DNA from: Cetorhinus maximus
Taxonomy: Eukaryota
NCBI RefSeq assembly: GCF_964194155.1
Contig: NC_135884.1
Coordinates: 125,674,001-125,738,000, forward strand
Reading direction: 5' to 3'
DNA length: 64,000 nt
Under the pieces are notes generated by a model. That model made no database searches. It had not been told where the DNA came from and saw only the letters and a list, made by a program, of their open reading frames with translations. Position numbers and translations under genes: made by a program. This document shows positions 25,703 to 39,135 of the stretch, in pieces (position 1 is the stretch's first letter; each line of letters starts with the position of its first letter).

Positions 25703-26709
25703 TGAGGCTATTGAGGGTTCGTGGACATCTATATTTGTGGCACAGTTTTTAACAAAAGGTTTAAAATTTTGAAAGTAAAATATTTATACAAATATTTGGT
25801 TAAGCTTATTTTCATTCTGTCCAATTTTTTTAGCATTTATATATTATGTTATGTTTGAGGATAACAATGATTAGAAGTCTAAGGTGCTGTAGAAAGAGTT
25901 CACTAATAAGAGATAATAAACTGTACAATTATTGCTGTTATTGGGTTTCATCCAAGCTCTTCATCTCACACACTCCACTAGATTGCTCCTTAGCTGCTGC
26001 GATCAGTCTCCTCACCCAGCAAATTTAACAGATGGAATCTGACCAAACACTAAGAGAAAACATAAGAAAGATGGTCCAACTTGGAATTGGAACAGTAAAT
26101 AGATTTAATTAAATTAGAAGACTGGAGGTCATGAACGTGTTGTTAGAGCAATATCATTTCATACTTTCAGCATCAAAAAGTTAATAACTAATAAAACGTA
26201 ATGACGGGGTTAACCCTTTCCATTCCAACATTTTTGAAATAACACAGAATTTTCAAAGCTGATGGACTGAAAGGCCTGTTTCTGTTTTGTAACATTTTAT
26301 GATTTAATGAGATTTTCTGCAGATTTCTAATCTCAGCTATCACAAATCAAACAAAAGAAATTAGGAAACAGTTCTTTAATTTATTCCAGATAACTAACTT
26401 TTCTGTGGGTGGATGAAGAGTGCATGACTCCACAATGGAAGGCAGGGAGTTGCAATAATTACAGGAACAGCTGTGGTTGACACTATTTTTTTAGTGTTGT
26501 TGGCTAATATAATCCAAGGTAGCAGCATTCAATTTTGCCATAAATAATATTTTTGAGGTTTTCAGAAGTTACATTTCTACCTGAAAATCTCATGGAAGGT
26601 GCAGCTTGTAAAATATTCACTTCCTGATGCTAGGTTTGATTTTGTGAAGCTCACAACATCCTTACAATTCATTGTCTCTCCGGATGCTCCAAGTTGGGAA
26701 GCTAGTTTT

Positions 26710-27395
26710 AGGAACACAGGTTCAGGAGCTGGTCATTTTGTCCCTCTAACCTGTTCTGCCATGAGATCATGGCTGATCTGTGACATAACTCCATATCCTA
26801 GCCTTTGTCCCATATCCCTAACTACCTTTGGTTAACAGAAAACTATCAATCTCAGGTTTAAAATTAACAGTTAACCTAGTATCAACTGCCATTTGCAGGG
26901 GTTCCAAACTTCTGCCACTCTATGTGTGGAATATTTCCAAACTTCCCTCCTGAGAGGCCTGGCTTTAATTTTTAGGCCAAGCCCCCACTCACAGATTCCC
27001 CAGTCTGCTCAAATAGTTTCTATCTTCCCCGTCAACTTCCCTTAATATCCTGACAGCTTTGATCAAATCAACCCCCAATCTTCTAAATTCCAGGGTATGT
27101 AATCCTAGATGGGGAAATCTCTCCTTGTACTTTAACCCTTGGAGTCCATATATCATTGTAGTGAATTTATACCTTATTCCCGCTAAGACCAATATATCCT
27201 TTCCAGGGTGGGCTGCCCAGAACTGAACATAGTACTCCAATGTGATCTAACCAGGGCTTTGTATGGCTGCAGCATGACTTTTACCCCTTTGTATTCCAGT
27301 CCTCTAGCTATCAAGGCCAGCATTCCATTAGTCTCTAGATTTTATTTTAACCTGTCTATGAGGCTTTAATGACCTATGTGCATGAATCCCCAATG
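26710..27395 (-). mobile_element. CR1 LINE 3' fragment
   Basis: ORF 26989-27240 EYYVQFWA..LEFRRLGVDLI plus the CR1 3' tail. Confidence 0.85.
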
Positions 27396-27409
27396 TTTTC
27401 AGCTTTTCA

Positions 27410-27825
27410 CTGAAGAAAACGTGCATTTATATAGTGCCTTTCTTGGACCACCGGATGTCTCATCTAATGAAATACAGCTAATGAAATACTTTTGAAATGT
27501 TACTGTTGTAATATAAGAAATGTGGCAGTCAGTTTGAACACTACAAGCTCCCACAAACAGCAATGTGACAATGACCAGATATTGTTTGCGACGTTGATTG
27601 AGGGATAAATATTGGCCAGGACACTCAGGATATTTGCTCTGCTCTTTTTGAAATAGCGCCATGGGATCCACATGAGAGAGCAGACGAGCCCTCAATTTAA
27701 TGTCTCATCCAAAAGATGACACCTCTGGCAGTGCAACACTCTCTCAGTGTGCATTGGAGTGTCAGCCAGTGTGCTTGAAACCTTTTGACTGAGGCAAGAG
27801 TGCTACTAACTGAGCCACAGCTGAC
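27410..27825 (-). mobile_element. DeuSINE-like (SacSINE1-type) tRNA-derived SINE
   Basis: tgcatttatatagtgccttt tail, gagggataaatattggccaggacac..gaaatagcgccatgggat core, and gtgctactaactgagccac tRNA-like head match the recalled shark DeuSINE. Confidence 0.7.
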
Positions 27826-28669
27826 ACTGTCACCATTTAAAAAGTACTACCCTTTACCACTTTAACTCCTCATGCTGATTGGCCAGATGCCAGGGAAAGT
27901 TGCGCATGCACACTCGGTTCGCACTACATTTGCCGGCACATGCAGTTTCTCCCACTGCTGATGTCATGGTGCACACCAGTTGGCTGGCCCCAGTACTGGT
28001 TTATGTGTTACTTGCTCAGCTGCTCTCTCCAGTGCTGGCCCACCCTGTCCACTGTCATCGCTATCCCTCTCCAGATCACCAGCCAACCCTTCTGCAAAAA
28101 TTCCTCTGTACCATATTTGTGACATACACCTTCAGATGTCTGATTCAAAGTGGACTTTTTTTGCACCTCACCGTAGCACACCATGTCCTGAAGCACCATC
28201 ATACTGACCTGAAAATGAAATACACAGAAAAGCTCACATCACTGCCCAGTTGATGCAATTCCTGGAGTGGGACTTGATCATGGAGCTTCTGGCTCAGAGA
28301 CAGGGATGCTATCTACTGCATCACAAGACCTTCCCATTTGCTTGTAATCAATGAAAGTAAAACATAAAACATGAGCCTTGAACAGATAAATTTTAACACA
28401 GTTGTTATTGCTGTTTTCCACACTGGATTCAGTTAGACTGGCTACCTAGAAGCTCAGCGAAACCTGTGTGACGAATAACTAGTTCATGGTTTATTTTAGA
28501 TGTAATGTTTAGTTCTGGGAAGATTGTTGTTGTGAAGGTAAAGTAATTAAAATGCTGGGCATTAGAGATGGTCAGAGCACCTAAAAGAAAATAGCAGTTC
28601 AGAAGGTTACCCATATTTGTTTAATAGAGTCTGAATAAAAGAGATAGAGTCATAAAACAGCATGTGAGA

Positions 28670-29230
28670 ACTGGACCACAGCTAGAGTATTGCGTGCAGT
28701 TCTGGAATCCGCATTGTAGGAAGGATGTGATTGCACTAGAGGGAGTGGAGAGGAGATTTACCAGGATGTTGCCTGGGCTGGAGAGTTTTAGTTATGAGGT
28801 GAGATTGGATAGACTGGGGTTATTTTCCCTGGAGCAGAGGAGATTGAGGGGGGACATGATTGAGGTGTATAAAATTATGAAGGGCACAGATAGGGTAGAC
28901 AGGAAGGAACTTTTCCCCTTGGTGGAGGGATCAATAACCAGGGGACATAGATTTAAGGTAAGGGGCAGGAGGTTTAGAGGGGATGTGAGGAAGAATTTGT
29001 GGTGGGAATCTGGAACTTGCTGTTTGAAAGTTTTGTAGAGGCAGAAACCCTCAGAACGTTTAAGAAGTATTTGGATGTGCACTTGTGATGCCATGGCATA
29101 CACTAGGCGATGCTATGGGCCTAGTGCTAGAAAACGGGATTAGAATAGTTAGGTACTTGTTTGACCGGCGCAGACTCGATGGGCTGAAGGGCCTTTTTCT
29201 GTGCTGTAGACCTCTATGAATCCATGACAG
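28670..29230 (+). mobile_element. CR1 LINE 3' end
   Basis: PQLEYCVQFW..RRFTRMLPGL..RRLRGDMIEVYKIM..TRGH; 3' tail near 29180-29230. Confidence 0.9.
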
Positions 29231-30252
29231 TCTACACTGCTCCCAAAGAAGTGCAGTCCAGAGAGATGTTTTGTTTTGTGAGTTGGAGCTAAATTAGTTT
29301 AAAAGCATTCAGTGAACCTTGAAAGGCTACATTGTCATGGAGGAGGGTGGAGCTTAAGAAGGTTCTTTGGTTTCAATTTATCTGAGTGTCCTGAACAGGA
29401 GAAGAGGTTCCATACTGAAAGAGTGCTCCTGTTAGCAGGCTCCAGGCAAGCCCTGGGAGCCGTTCAGTGCAGTTGTTGGTTATAGTTTGGTCCTTGTGTG
29501 CTTTGCAGCTCAAATAGAAGCCCTGAGCACTGCTCGGTGCAGTTAGGGCTCAGGAGAAGGCCTGAGGAGCTGACAAGGCAGTAGAAGGTTGTTGGTTCCA
29601 TGCTGGAGACAATCAGGGCTCATAGAAGCTCTGGGAGCCATTTTATAGGTTCGGTACTGACTGGAGCTCAGAGAAACCCAGGGGCAGTGCCAGCTTAGTG
29701 AAGCTAGTGGTCTACGGAAGAGTTGGAATTGTGTTAGTAATTAGTGGAAGGGAAGCAAACCTTTGTGAATCCTAGGAAACGCAATTTCAGGGAGAGAGGC
29801 TGAACCATTGGAAGGTGAGCAGTCATTGATGCACTCTGAGTTGGAGCAGCTTTTGAAGGAATTCAGAGACTAGATCTTAGAAAGTGAAGAGTTGAAATCC
29901 CTCATGAGGGAGACAGAGTTTTAACAAGATATTGTGCCTGAGTGGTCAATGACATCTGAATGGGTTGCTGAGGAATCCGTGGGATCTATCTTGGTCGCAT
30001 CTACCATTTAATGTGCAGTGTTGGTGTTCAACCACATTCTACCTGTTAATTCACATTTACCTTATGTTAATTCTGAATGTTAGAGCATAAGATAGATATT
30101 GTAGATTGTTTTACTTTGCTGGCTTTGCAAAGTTTATTTTGTTTGTTTAAAACTGTGGAATCTTGTGACATTTTTCTCTTAGTAAGAACCAGGGATTTCA
30201 AACTTTGTCTACTTTAAACAAAATGTGACTGGTCCCTAACCGGATCGTAACA
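29231..30252. mobile_element. LTR-like sequence (probably a solo LTR whose left part lies before the CR1 insertion)
   Basis: Ends ..cggatcgTAACA at 30252, like the element ending at 54364; left boundary uncertain. Confidence 0.4.
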
Positions 30253-30468
30253 CCCAAAATGATTCATCTTTGAAAGGGAGTGCAAAAACAACCAGGAATG
30301 AATAAAAATGCATTTCAGCAAAATAAAGCTCAATGCGATAGATACTGTAAGCTTTCCAGTTTTTAATGTATCAGTTAAAATGTTACACGGTTTTCATTCA
30401 ATTACAATCCTTCGATGCTGAAATGAAAATTGCATTAGATTCAGCACGCAGGTACCAGTTTGTTATTA

Positions 30469-30930
30469 AACCTTTGACCTTTCTTTGAACACGTTTTGGG
30501 AGTTGCAGACTGCAGTTTCAGTCACTGGATTTGAGGTCACAGTCAGTGCAAATACATGTCCATGAAGAACAGCCCCTGCAGTTGCGGCGTCACCAAACTC
30601 AGCCATCCCTTATAGGTCTAAAATGCCTGACCTCACACTTCCCTACATTGAAATCCATTTACCACTGATTTTCCCTATTATCATCATTGTAATTTTATGC
30701 TTTCATCTACACTGATGATAATAGGGAAAATCAGTGGTAAATGGATTTCAATGTAGGGAAGTGTGAGGTCAGGCATTTTAGACCTATAAGGGATGGCTGA
30801 GTTTGGTGACGCCGCAACTGCAGGGGCTGTTCTTCATGGACATGTATTTGCACTGCCTGTGACCTCAAATCCAGTGACTGAAACTGCAGTCTGCAACTCC
30901 CAAAACGTGTTCAAAGAAAGGTCAAAGGTT
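30469..30930. repeat. Long near-perfect inverted repeat (218-bp arms, 26-bp spacer)
   Basis: 30469-30686 is the reverse complement of 30713-30930 with a single mismatch (30543/30856). Confidence 0.97.
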
Positions 30931-31509
30931 CACTCGGCAAAATCACAAGATATGGAATTCAATGGACACTCAATCCAAGGAAGGATGAAATATAAATTGT
31001 GTAGAATTTGAATTACAGTGATCGCAAAATGTTTTCAGTTCTTATTGTTGCACAGTCAATGCCTCAGATTCAAGCAGTACAAGTGGAAATCTGTAGAGAT
31101 ACACAACTCTACACACTGTAGAAATTTGTGTTGACAGTGCTAACCTGTTTAGACAGTAAAAAAATCAAAAGAGAGTGGGCGTCTGTCATATACAAAATGT
31201 ATGTGTATTCAATAAAGATCCACATACTATGTTGAATGTTAAAATGGAGACTTGGTAATTGACAGACGATGGGACTGGGATAAAAATGAGAACTTTCTCA
31301 TTTACTCAATTACCTTTGAGGAAATATTTGTTATAATTGGTATGCAAGGTCTTTGCAGTAACAACTGATCTGTAAATAATTTTGATATACATAACTACAT
31401 CTCACTTGAACACACGCACTAGCAGAATGTGAACAAGTCAGGCTTTAAGCAGCCAATTGCCAGTCAAATACACATCAGTTATTTTTTGCAAAACATTTAT
31501 TTTAGTTAA

Positions 31510-32975
31510 TTTCACAGAATTGTTACAGTGCAGAAGGAGGCCATTTGGCTGGTTGTGTCTGCACCAGCTCTCTGAATGAGCAATTCACTTAGTGCCTTCT
31601 TCTGCCTTCTCCCAGTAACTCTGCACATTCTTCTTTTTCAGATAGCAATCTAATTCTCTTTTGAATGCTTCAGTTGAACCTGCCTCCACCATACTCTCAG
31701 GCAGTGCATTTCAAACCCTAACCACTCGCTGCGTGATACAGCTTTTTCTCACATTGCTTTTGCTTCTTTTGCCAATTACTTTAAATCTGTGCCCTTATGC
31801 TCTTGACCCTTTTATGAGTGTTGGGAACAGTTTCTCCCAACTATCCTGTCCAAACTCCTCATGCTTTTGAATACCTCTATCAAATCTCCCGTTAGCCTTC
31901 TCTTCTCCAAGTAAAACAGTCCACCTTCATAACTGAAGTTCCTCATCCCTGGAACCTATCTTGTGAATCTTTGCTGAACTCTCTCCAATGCCTTTACATC
32001 CTTCCCAAAATGCAGCACTCAGAACTGGACGCAGTCTGAGGCCAGACTAGTGTCTTCTCACAAGTTCAACATAACCTCCTTGCTCATGTACTCTATTCCC
32101 CTATTAACAAAGCCTAGCCTGCATGCTTTATTAACCACTCTCTCAATCTGTCCTGCCACCTTCAATGACTCATGCACATATATACCCAGGTCCCTCTGCC
32201 CCTGCACCCCAATTAGAATTGGACCTTTTATTTTATATTGACACTCTGTGTTCTTCCCACCAAACTGAATCACTTCACATTTCTCCATACTGAACTTCAT
32301 CTGCCACCTGCCCATTTCACCAACTTGTTTATGTCCTTTTGAAGTTCTACGCTATTCTCCTCACAGGTCACAATGTTTTCAAGTTTTATATTATCCACAA
32401 ACTTTGATATTGTGCCCTGTACACCAAGGTCTAGATCATTAATATATATCAGGAAAAGCAAGGGTCCCAACACTGACCCCTGGGAACTCCGCCCGAAAAA
32501 CATCCATTAACCACTACTCTGTTTCCTGTCACTCAGCCAATTTCATATCCATGTTGCTACTGTCCATTTTATTCAATGAGTTATAACTTTGCTCACAAGT
32601 CTGTTGTGCGGCACTGTATCAAATGCCTTTTGGAAGTCCATGTACACCACATCAACAGCATTGCCCTCATCAAAACCTCTTCCAAAACTCCAGCAAGTGA
32701 ATTAAACACAATTTTCCCTTAAGAAATGCACGCTGGCTCTCATTAATTAACCCGCTTTTGTCCATGTGGCTATTAGCTTTGTCCCAAATTATTGTTTCTA
32801 GAAGTTTCCCCACCACCAAAGTTAAACTGACTGGCCTGTCGTTGCTTGACTTATCTTTATACCTTTTTTGAACAAGGGTGTAATGTTTGCAATTCTCCAG
32901 TCCTCTGGCACCACCACTGAGTCCAAGGAAGATTGAAAAATTACAGCCAGTGCCACTGCAATTTCCACCCACATG
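31510..32975 (-). mobile_element. CR1 LINE RT region and 3' end, decayed
   Basis: RPVSLT..GKLLE, QGSVLGPLLFLIYINDLD..ISKFVD and WQMKFS.EKCEV motifs. Confidence 0.9.
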
Positions 32976-34614
32976 GCAATCTGCACCTGTAACTCACCAA
33001 TCCTAATTACCACACTCCGTGCATGGGATTCAACAACCACAGATATCCTACACACAGCTGCCAAATTAAACTGATTGACATTAAGCTAAGGAGAGTTGCA
33101 AGCTACTGTGAGTGACAGAATGAACTGCTAATCAAAGCACTTCAGAAGTGGTTTACAAATGGAGGCATGGTGTGATAAAAATCATTGTAAAAACTGGAGT
33201 GAATGACTGCATGGAGATGGAAGATCCAACATTGATTCATCATCCATTATATTAAGGAATTACTTGCATAATGAAATAAAAAGTTTTAACGATGCGCATG
33301 AATGGGAAAAAAAAACTGAATTTCACAAAATAAGTGAGGATATGGTTCTCAGATTGATGTGCAGACTTTATTTCCATCATCAGAACAATGCTGACAGCAG
33401 GCGGCCAGCAGCCAAAGGTCGAACCTTCCTTCAGATTTGCTTGTAAAGCTAGGTATCAGAGATGAACTTGATATTTCTAGACATGGCCCACCTCATCCCC
33501 AATTCCAAGATCGACAAAGACCTGCAGTCAGTAACTCCCTGCATTATGGCTGAGATCAGGAAATTAATGCATTGGTAATTCGCTTCACAGTACTAACCAG
33601 GATGCTCCAATGCACTCCCATATTACCAAACAAAACAAAATTGATCTTCAAAACCAGTAATCAGAAAGCCTACACTAGGCCAGAGATTGCAACCTCAGCT
33701 TTTTAGTAAATCCCAAGCCAAGTTTCCAAAATCATATCCTCTACAACAGAAATGACGCCCACTTCCACCCCGAAGCCATGGAAACCCTTAGCCAGACCCT
33801 TGGTACCTCCAGATTCAACTACTTCAATGCTCTCTTGTCCAGCCTTTCATCTTCCATAAACTTGTGTTTGTCCAAACCTCTGCTATATGAACCCTATGCC
33901 ACAATATATCCCACTCACCCAACACCTCTGTCTTCGCTAGTCTACATCAGCTTCCAGCATCTCAAATTTAAAATTTTTATCCTTTGGTGTAAATCTCTTC
34001 GTGACTTTGAATGGATTGAGACTGACATTTCAGGGTGAAAATTCCTCTGATTTCACTTTTATCTTACATGAAAAATAGCAATGTTTTTGTAATGTTGCTT
34101 ATGGCCTAAGGGTAACACAGTTTCTTAGGTCTTGAGAATTCAGTTATCAGGTATCAGTGATTCTAAAGTCAGTGAACTGATTACCATGACAGGCCAGCTG
34201 GGCCTCATTGCATGCACATTATGTCTATGTAGGAACCCCAGAACACTTCAGGTATCCTGGATAATCATGGGTGCAGGAAGTGCCACCAGTTGTTCAAGCT
34301 TAAGCTTCGATTTTCGGAACTTGGAGGGTGGCTGGAGTTACTGCCGTTGAGAGTTGAGAACTTTCCCAAATGTGCGCTCCAGGAAATGGTGACCCCACAG
34401 CTACAGAAGCTGCAGGAGGTGAGGGAATAGGTGACTACAAGACAGGGAGGAAGACAAAGTGCAGAATCCCCCAAGCACTCGCTAACCAGTTTTCAGGTCC
34501 TCTTCTAAATAAGCAACTGACCAACCATTTCTAACATTTGCATTGTTTTTGCATTTTTATTTAAAGAAATAGTATCACTTCCTTTTAACTAAAAGGAGAA
34601 TTCAGATTCAATTT

Positions 34615-34750
34615 GTGTGTATGCGTGTGTGAGACAGAGAGAGAGAACTTTGAGAGTGAGAGAGTGTGTGTGCATGTACATCTGCATGTGTGTGCTTTGA
34701 GTGTGTGCGCGCGCGTGTGAACTTCGAGTGTGCATGTGCCCACATGTGAG
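34615..34750. repeat. Degenerate (TG)n-rich satellite, continuing at 38095-38320 beyond the CR1 insertion
   Basis: The same gtgtgaacttcgagtgtgca units occur on both sides of the LINE. Confidence 0.8.
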
Positions 34751-34754
34751 CTTT

Positions 34755-37700
34755 AAGGGGGGCGTTTTTGGTTAAGGCGAGTATTGCAGTACTGGAGAAA
34801 GAGGATGTGTCTGAGGATTCAAGGACAGAATAGATTTGGCTAGTGCTAAGGAATAGGAAGGGTGCAAATACATTGCTCGGTGTAATGTATAGACCACCAG
34901 CTAGTGGTAAGGACATGGAGGAACAAATCCGCAAGGAAATAACAGAGAGGTGTAAACATCATACAGTAGTTATAATGGGGGACTTTAATTACCTGTATAT
35001 AGACTGGGATAGTGGTAGAGTAAGAGGCAGTGAGGGACAAACGTTCCTAAATTATGTTCAGGAGAATTTCCTACAGCAGTATGTGTCCAGTCCAACAAGA
35101 AAAGAGGCACTGCTAGACCTGGTTCTTGGGAATGAGGTGGGCCAAGTGGATCAAGTGACTGTGGGGGAGCATTTAGGGGACACTGGTCATTGTATCATAG
35201 GGCAGAATTTTGCCCTTGATGGGTGGGTGGGCAGCTGATCGCCGCCGCTGAAACGGGCCCGCCGCCATTTTAAGTGGGCGGGCCAATTAAGACCCGCTCA
35301 GCGGGCCGCCCGATGGGAAGCGCTATGCGCTTCCTGTGCGGGGGAAGGCGGGGGGATTCCCCAACTGCCAGAGTGCGCTCTTTCATGCATGCGCGCAATA
35401 GAGCGCACATTTCCCTGAGACTAAGTGCTGCCTCAGGGAGAGCGCTGAAAGTTTTTGAAACTTTAAAAATAGAAAAATAAAAAAATCCTTAACATGTCCC
35501 CCTCATGTGACAATGTCACACGAGATGGGACATGTTAATAAATATGACAGAAACTTTATTAAAGTTTTTTAAAACCGACATGAAACCTCATCCCGCCGGT
35601 GGATGAGGTTTCATGTTTTTTCAGAAGCCCGCCGGGGCTCCTGCCTGCCCACCAGCCTTAAGGTTGGACGGGCAGGGCCTTTAATTGATTTAACTACCCT
35701 GTCAATGGCCTCAATTGGCCATTGTCAGGTCGGCGGGCGGACAGCTGATTGCGCTGTGCCCCCGCCTTCCTGAATATTTAAATGGGGCGGGATGACGTCA
35801 GGGGTTTTCCCCCGCTGTCATCCCACGTCATTTTCGCGTCGGCGAGTGGGCCCCGCCCCCAGCTCACCGACTGAAAAATTCTGCCCATAAGGTTTAGGAT
35901 GACGGTGGAAAATGACTTTGGTCAATCCAAAGTAAGAATAATTAATTGGCAGAGAGTAGACTTCAATGGAGCAAAAATGGAGCTGGGTCGGATAGGCTGG
36001 AACCAAAGGTTGGTGGGCAAAACAGTAGCTGAACAATGGGCTACCTTCAAAGAAGAGATGGTTTGGGCACAGTCAAGGTATGTTCCCTCAAAAGGGAAAG
36101 GTAGGACAAACAAATCCAGAGTTTCCTGGATGACAAAGGAAATAGAAATTAAGTTAAAGGTGTCAGGTAGCAAATACAATTGAGAACCAAGCTGAATACA
36201 GAAGGTTCAGGAGGGATGTGAAAAAGCAAATACGTGAAGCAAAGAGGGATTATGAAACACTGGCAGCTAAGATAAAAGGAAATCCCAGAGTTTTCTACAA
36301 GCACATCAATAGTAAAAGGGTGGTAAAAGGAGGAGTAGGGATTATTAGGGACCGAAAAAAGGATTTACACATAGAGGCAAGAGGCATGGCTGAGGTGTTA
36401 AATTAATACTTTGCATCTGTCTTTACCTGTGAGGTAGATGCTGCCCAGGCCATGGTGACAGAGGAGGAAACTCAGTCACTAGAAGGGTCTAAAATTGATA
36501 AGGAGGAGGTATTGGATAAGCTGTCGGTACTTAAAGTTGCTAAGGCACCGAGACCGGATGAGATGCATCCAAGAATATTAAAGGAAGTGGGAGTGGAAAT
36601 TGCAGAGGCACTAGCAATAATCTTTCAGTGTTCCCTGGATTCATGGGAGGTGCCGGAGGACTGGTGAATTGCAAATTTGTTCAAAAAAGGTTGTAAAGAT
36701 CTGCCCTGCAATTACAGACCAGTCAGTTTAACTTCAGTGGTGGCAAAACTTCTAGAAACAATTATTTAGGATAGAATTAATAGTCACATGGAAAAATGTG
36801 GATTGATTTAGAAGAGTCAGCATGGATTTGTTAAAGAAAAATTGTGTCTAACTAACTTGCTGGAGTTTTCTGAAGAGGTAACAGAGATGGTTGATGAGGG
36901 CAAGGCCATTGATGTGGTGTATATGGACTTCCAAAAGGCGTTCGATACAGTGCCATACAATAGACTTGTGAGGAAAGTTATAGGTCATGGAATAAAAGGG
37001 ACAGTAGCAACGTGGATACAAAATTGGCTGAGGGATAGGAAACAGGGAGCGATGGTTAATGGGTATTTTTCGGGCTGGAAGAAGGTTTGTAGTGTAGTTC
37101 CACATGGGTCGGTATTTGGACCCTGGCTTTTCCTGATATATATATATAAATGATCTAGATCTTGGTGTGCAGGGGGCAATTTCAAAGTTTGTGGATGATA
37201 CAACACTTGGAAGAATTGTAAACTGTGAGGAGGACAGTGTTGAACTTCAAAAGGACATTGACACATTGGTGGAGTGGGCAGATAGGCGGCAGATGAAGTT
37301 CAATGCGGAGAAGTGTGAGGTGATAAACTTTGGCACAAAGAACATGGAGAGACAGTATAAAATAACGGATGCTATTCTAAAGGGTGTGCAGGAGCAGAGA
37401 CACCTGGGTATATATGTACATAAGTCATTAAAGGTGGCACGACAGGTAGAGAGAGCTGTTACTAAAGCATCCAATATTCTAGGCTTCATTAATAGGGGCA
37501 TAGAGTACAAGAGCAGGGAGGTTATGATGAAATTATATAAGACACTGGTTAGACCTCAGATGGAATATTGTGCACAGTTCTGAGCGCCACACTATAGGAA
37601 GGATATGAACCACATCGGAGAGAATGCAGAAGAGGTTTACAAGAATGGTTCCAGGGATGAAACACTTCAGTTATGAGGAAAGATTGGAGAAGTTGGGACT

Positions 37701-38097
37701 GTTTTCCTTGGAGAGGAGAAGGCTAAGAGGAGACTTGATAGAAGTTTTCAAAAACATGAGGGGTCTGGACAGCATAGAGTAAAACTGTTGCCGCTCGTAA
37801 ACGGATCAAGAGCGCACAGTTTTAAAGCGTTTTCCAAAAGAAGCAAATGTGAGGTGAGAAAAAACTTTTTCACACAGCGAGTGGTTAAGGCTTGGAATGG
37901 ACTGCCTGGAAGTGTGGTGGAGGCAGGTTCAATTGAGGTATTGAAGAGAGCATTGTTTCTATTTAAATAATCATCCAAAGTGCAGGGTTACAGGGAAAAG
38001 GCAGGAGACTGACACCAATTTAAAATGCTCAGAGACCTGGTGCAGACACAATGGGCCGAATGGCCTCCTTCTACACCGTAATAATTCTGTGATTCTG
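34755..38097 (+). mobile_element. CR1 LINE ORF2 (APE endonuclease + RT), nearly complete, with stops/frameshifts, interrupted by a MITE
   Basis: YRPP, IMGDFNY, PTRKEALLDLVL, YMDFQKAFDTVP, PHGSVFGP, ISKFVDDT, LVRPQMEYC, RKNFFTQRVV. Confidence 0.93.
35200..35886. mobile_element. Harbinger-family MITE (687 bp)
   Basis: TIRs GGGCAGAATTTT / AAAATTCTGCCC; TSD ATA at 35197-35199 and 35887-35889. Removing it restores the CR1 frame (HCII|RFRM); its subterminal sequence is shared with the element at 1118. Confidence 0.92.
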
Positions 38098-38574
38098 TGT
38101 GTGTGTGCCTGAGTGTGAGCTTTGAGTGTGTCTGTATGTAAAATTCATGTGCGGGAGATTGCGGGTTAACTTCGAGTGTGCGCATGCACGTGTGTGTGAA
38201 CTTCGAGTGTGCACATATGTATGTGAGCTTCAAGTGTGTGCATGCACGTGAACGAGTGTGCGCTTGCACGGCTGTGTAAACTGTGTGTGTGCATGTGGCG
38301 TGTTTGTGTTTGTGTGGGAGTTGGAGCGTATTTTTATTTGTACCCAGATCAGTTTTAGTGTGATAAGACTAACTGCTTCCTTTGTTAAACTCAAAAATAC
38401 GAGTTGGACAGGTTTTATGATGACAGCATGTAGACAGTTCAGCACACACTAAATTGAGAAAGATAAATTTTCCAAAGCACACAAAAATCTTGTTATGGTC
38501 AAACGAGGAGAGGGAAAAGAGGGGAGCCATTCCACCCCTCCTCACTTGGTCATAACATTGGCTATTTTAAAATT

Positions 38575-38910
38575 ATGACTTCTTGTTTGGTGTCCACCCA
38601 TAGTGGAAACATTTCTCTGTTTCTTTCCTTTCAAACCCTTTCATCATCTTCAAGACCTCCAAGAGGCCAATTTCCAGTCTGCACTCTTCTGGAGAAAAGA
38701 GCCCCGGCCTGTTTAGTATTTTCTGTTAGTTATAAGCCCTCAGTTCTGGTATCAATCTCATGGATCTTTTTTGCATTATTTTCAATACCTCCACGTGTTG
38801 TTTTTTTAATAATATTGAGACCAGAGCTGTGCACAACACTCCCAATGTGGACTGATCAAGGCTCTATATAAGACTAACATAATTCGTCTGCTTTTTAATT
38901 TTATCCCTTC
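38575..38910 (-). mobile_element. Degenerate CR1 3' fragment
   Basis: gagaccagagctgtgcacaacactcc, tcttctggagaaaagagcccc and tagtggaaacat motifs. Confidence 0.6.
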
Positions 38911-39049
38911 AGAAATTAACTCGAATGTTTCTCTCAATTTCTTTAATAGACGAACAGATGGTCACTCACTACATTGAGGTTTGTTACAGAGTCACTAGGG
39001 TTGTCAAGTTTAAGTGATTTTATCATCGAAAGCGGTGAAAACTGAGTAA

Positions 39050-39135
39050 AAGATACGGACTCGAAACGTTAACTGTTCCTCTCCGCAGATGCTGTCAGAC
39101 CTGCTGAGTTTTTCCAGGTATTTTTGTTTTTGTTT
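39050..39135 (+). mobile_element. Penelope-terminus fragment (3' half of hammerhead motif)
   Basis: atacggactcgaaacgttaactg..gatgctgtcagacctgctgagtttttccagg, same subfamily as 51800-52056. Confidence 0.75.
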
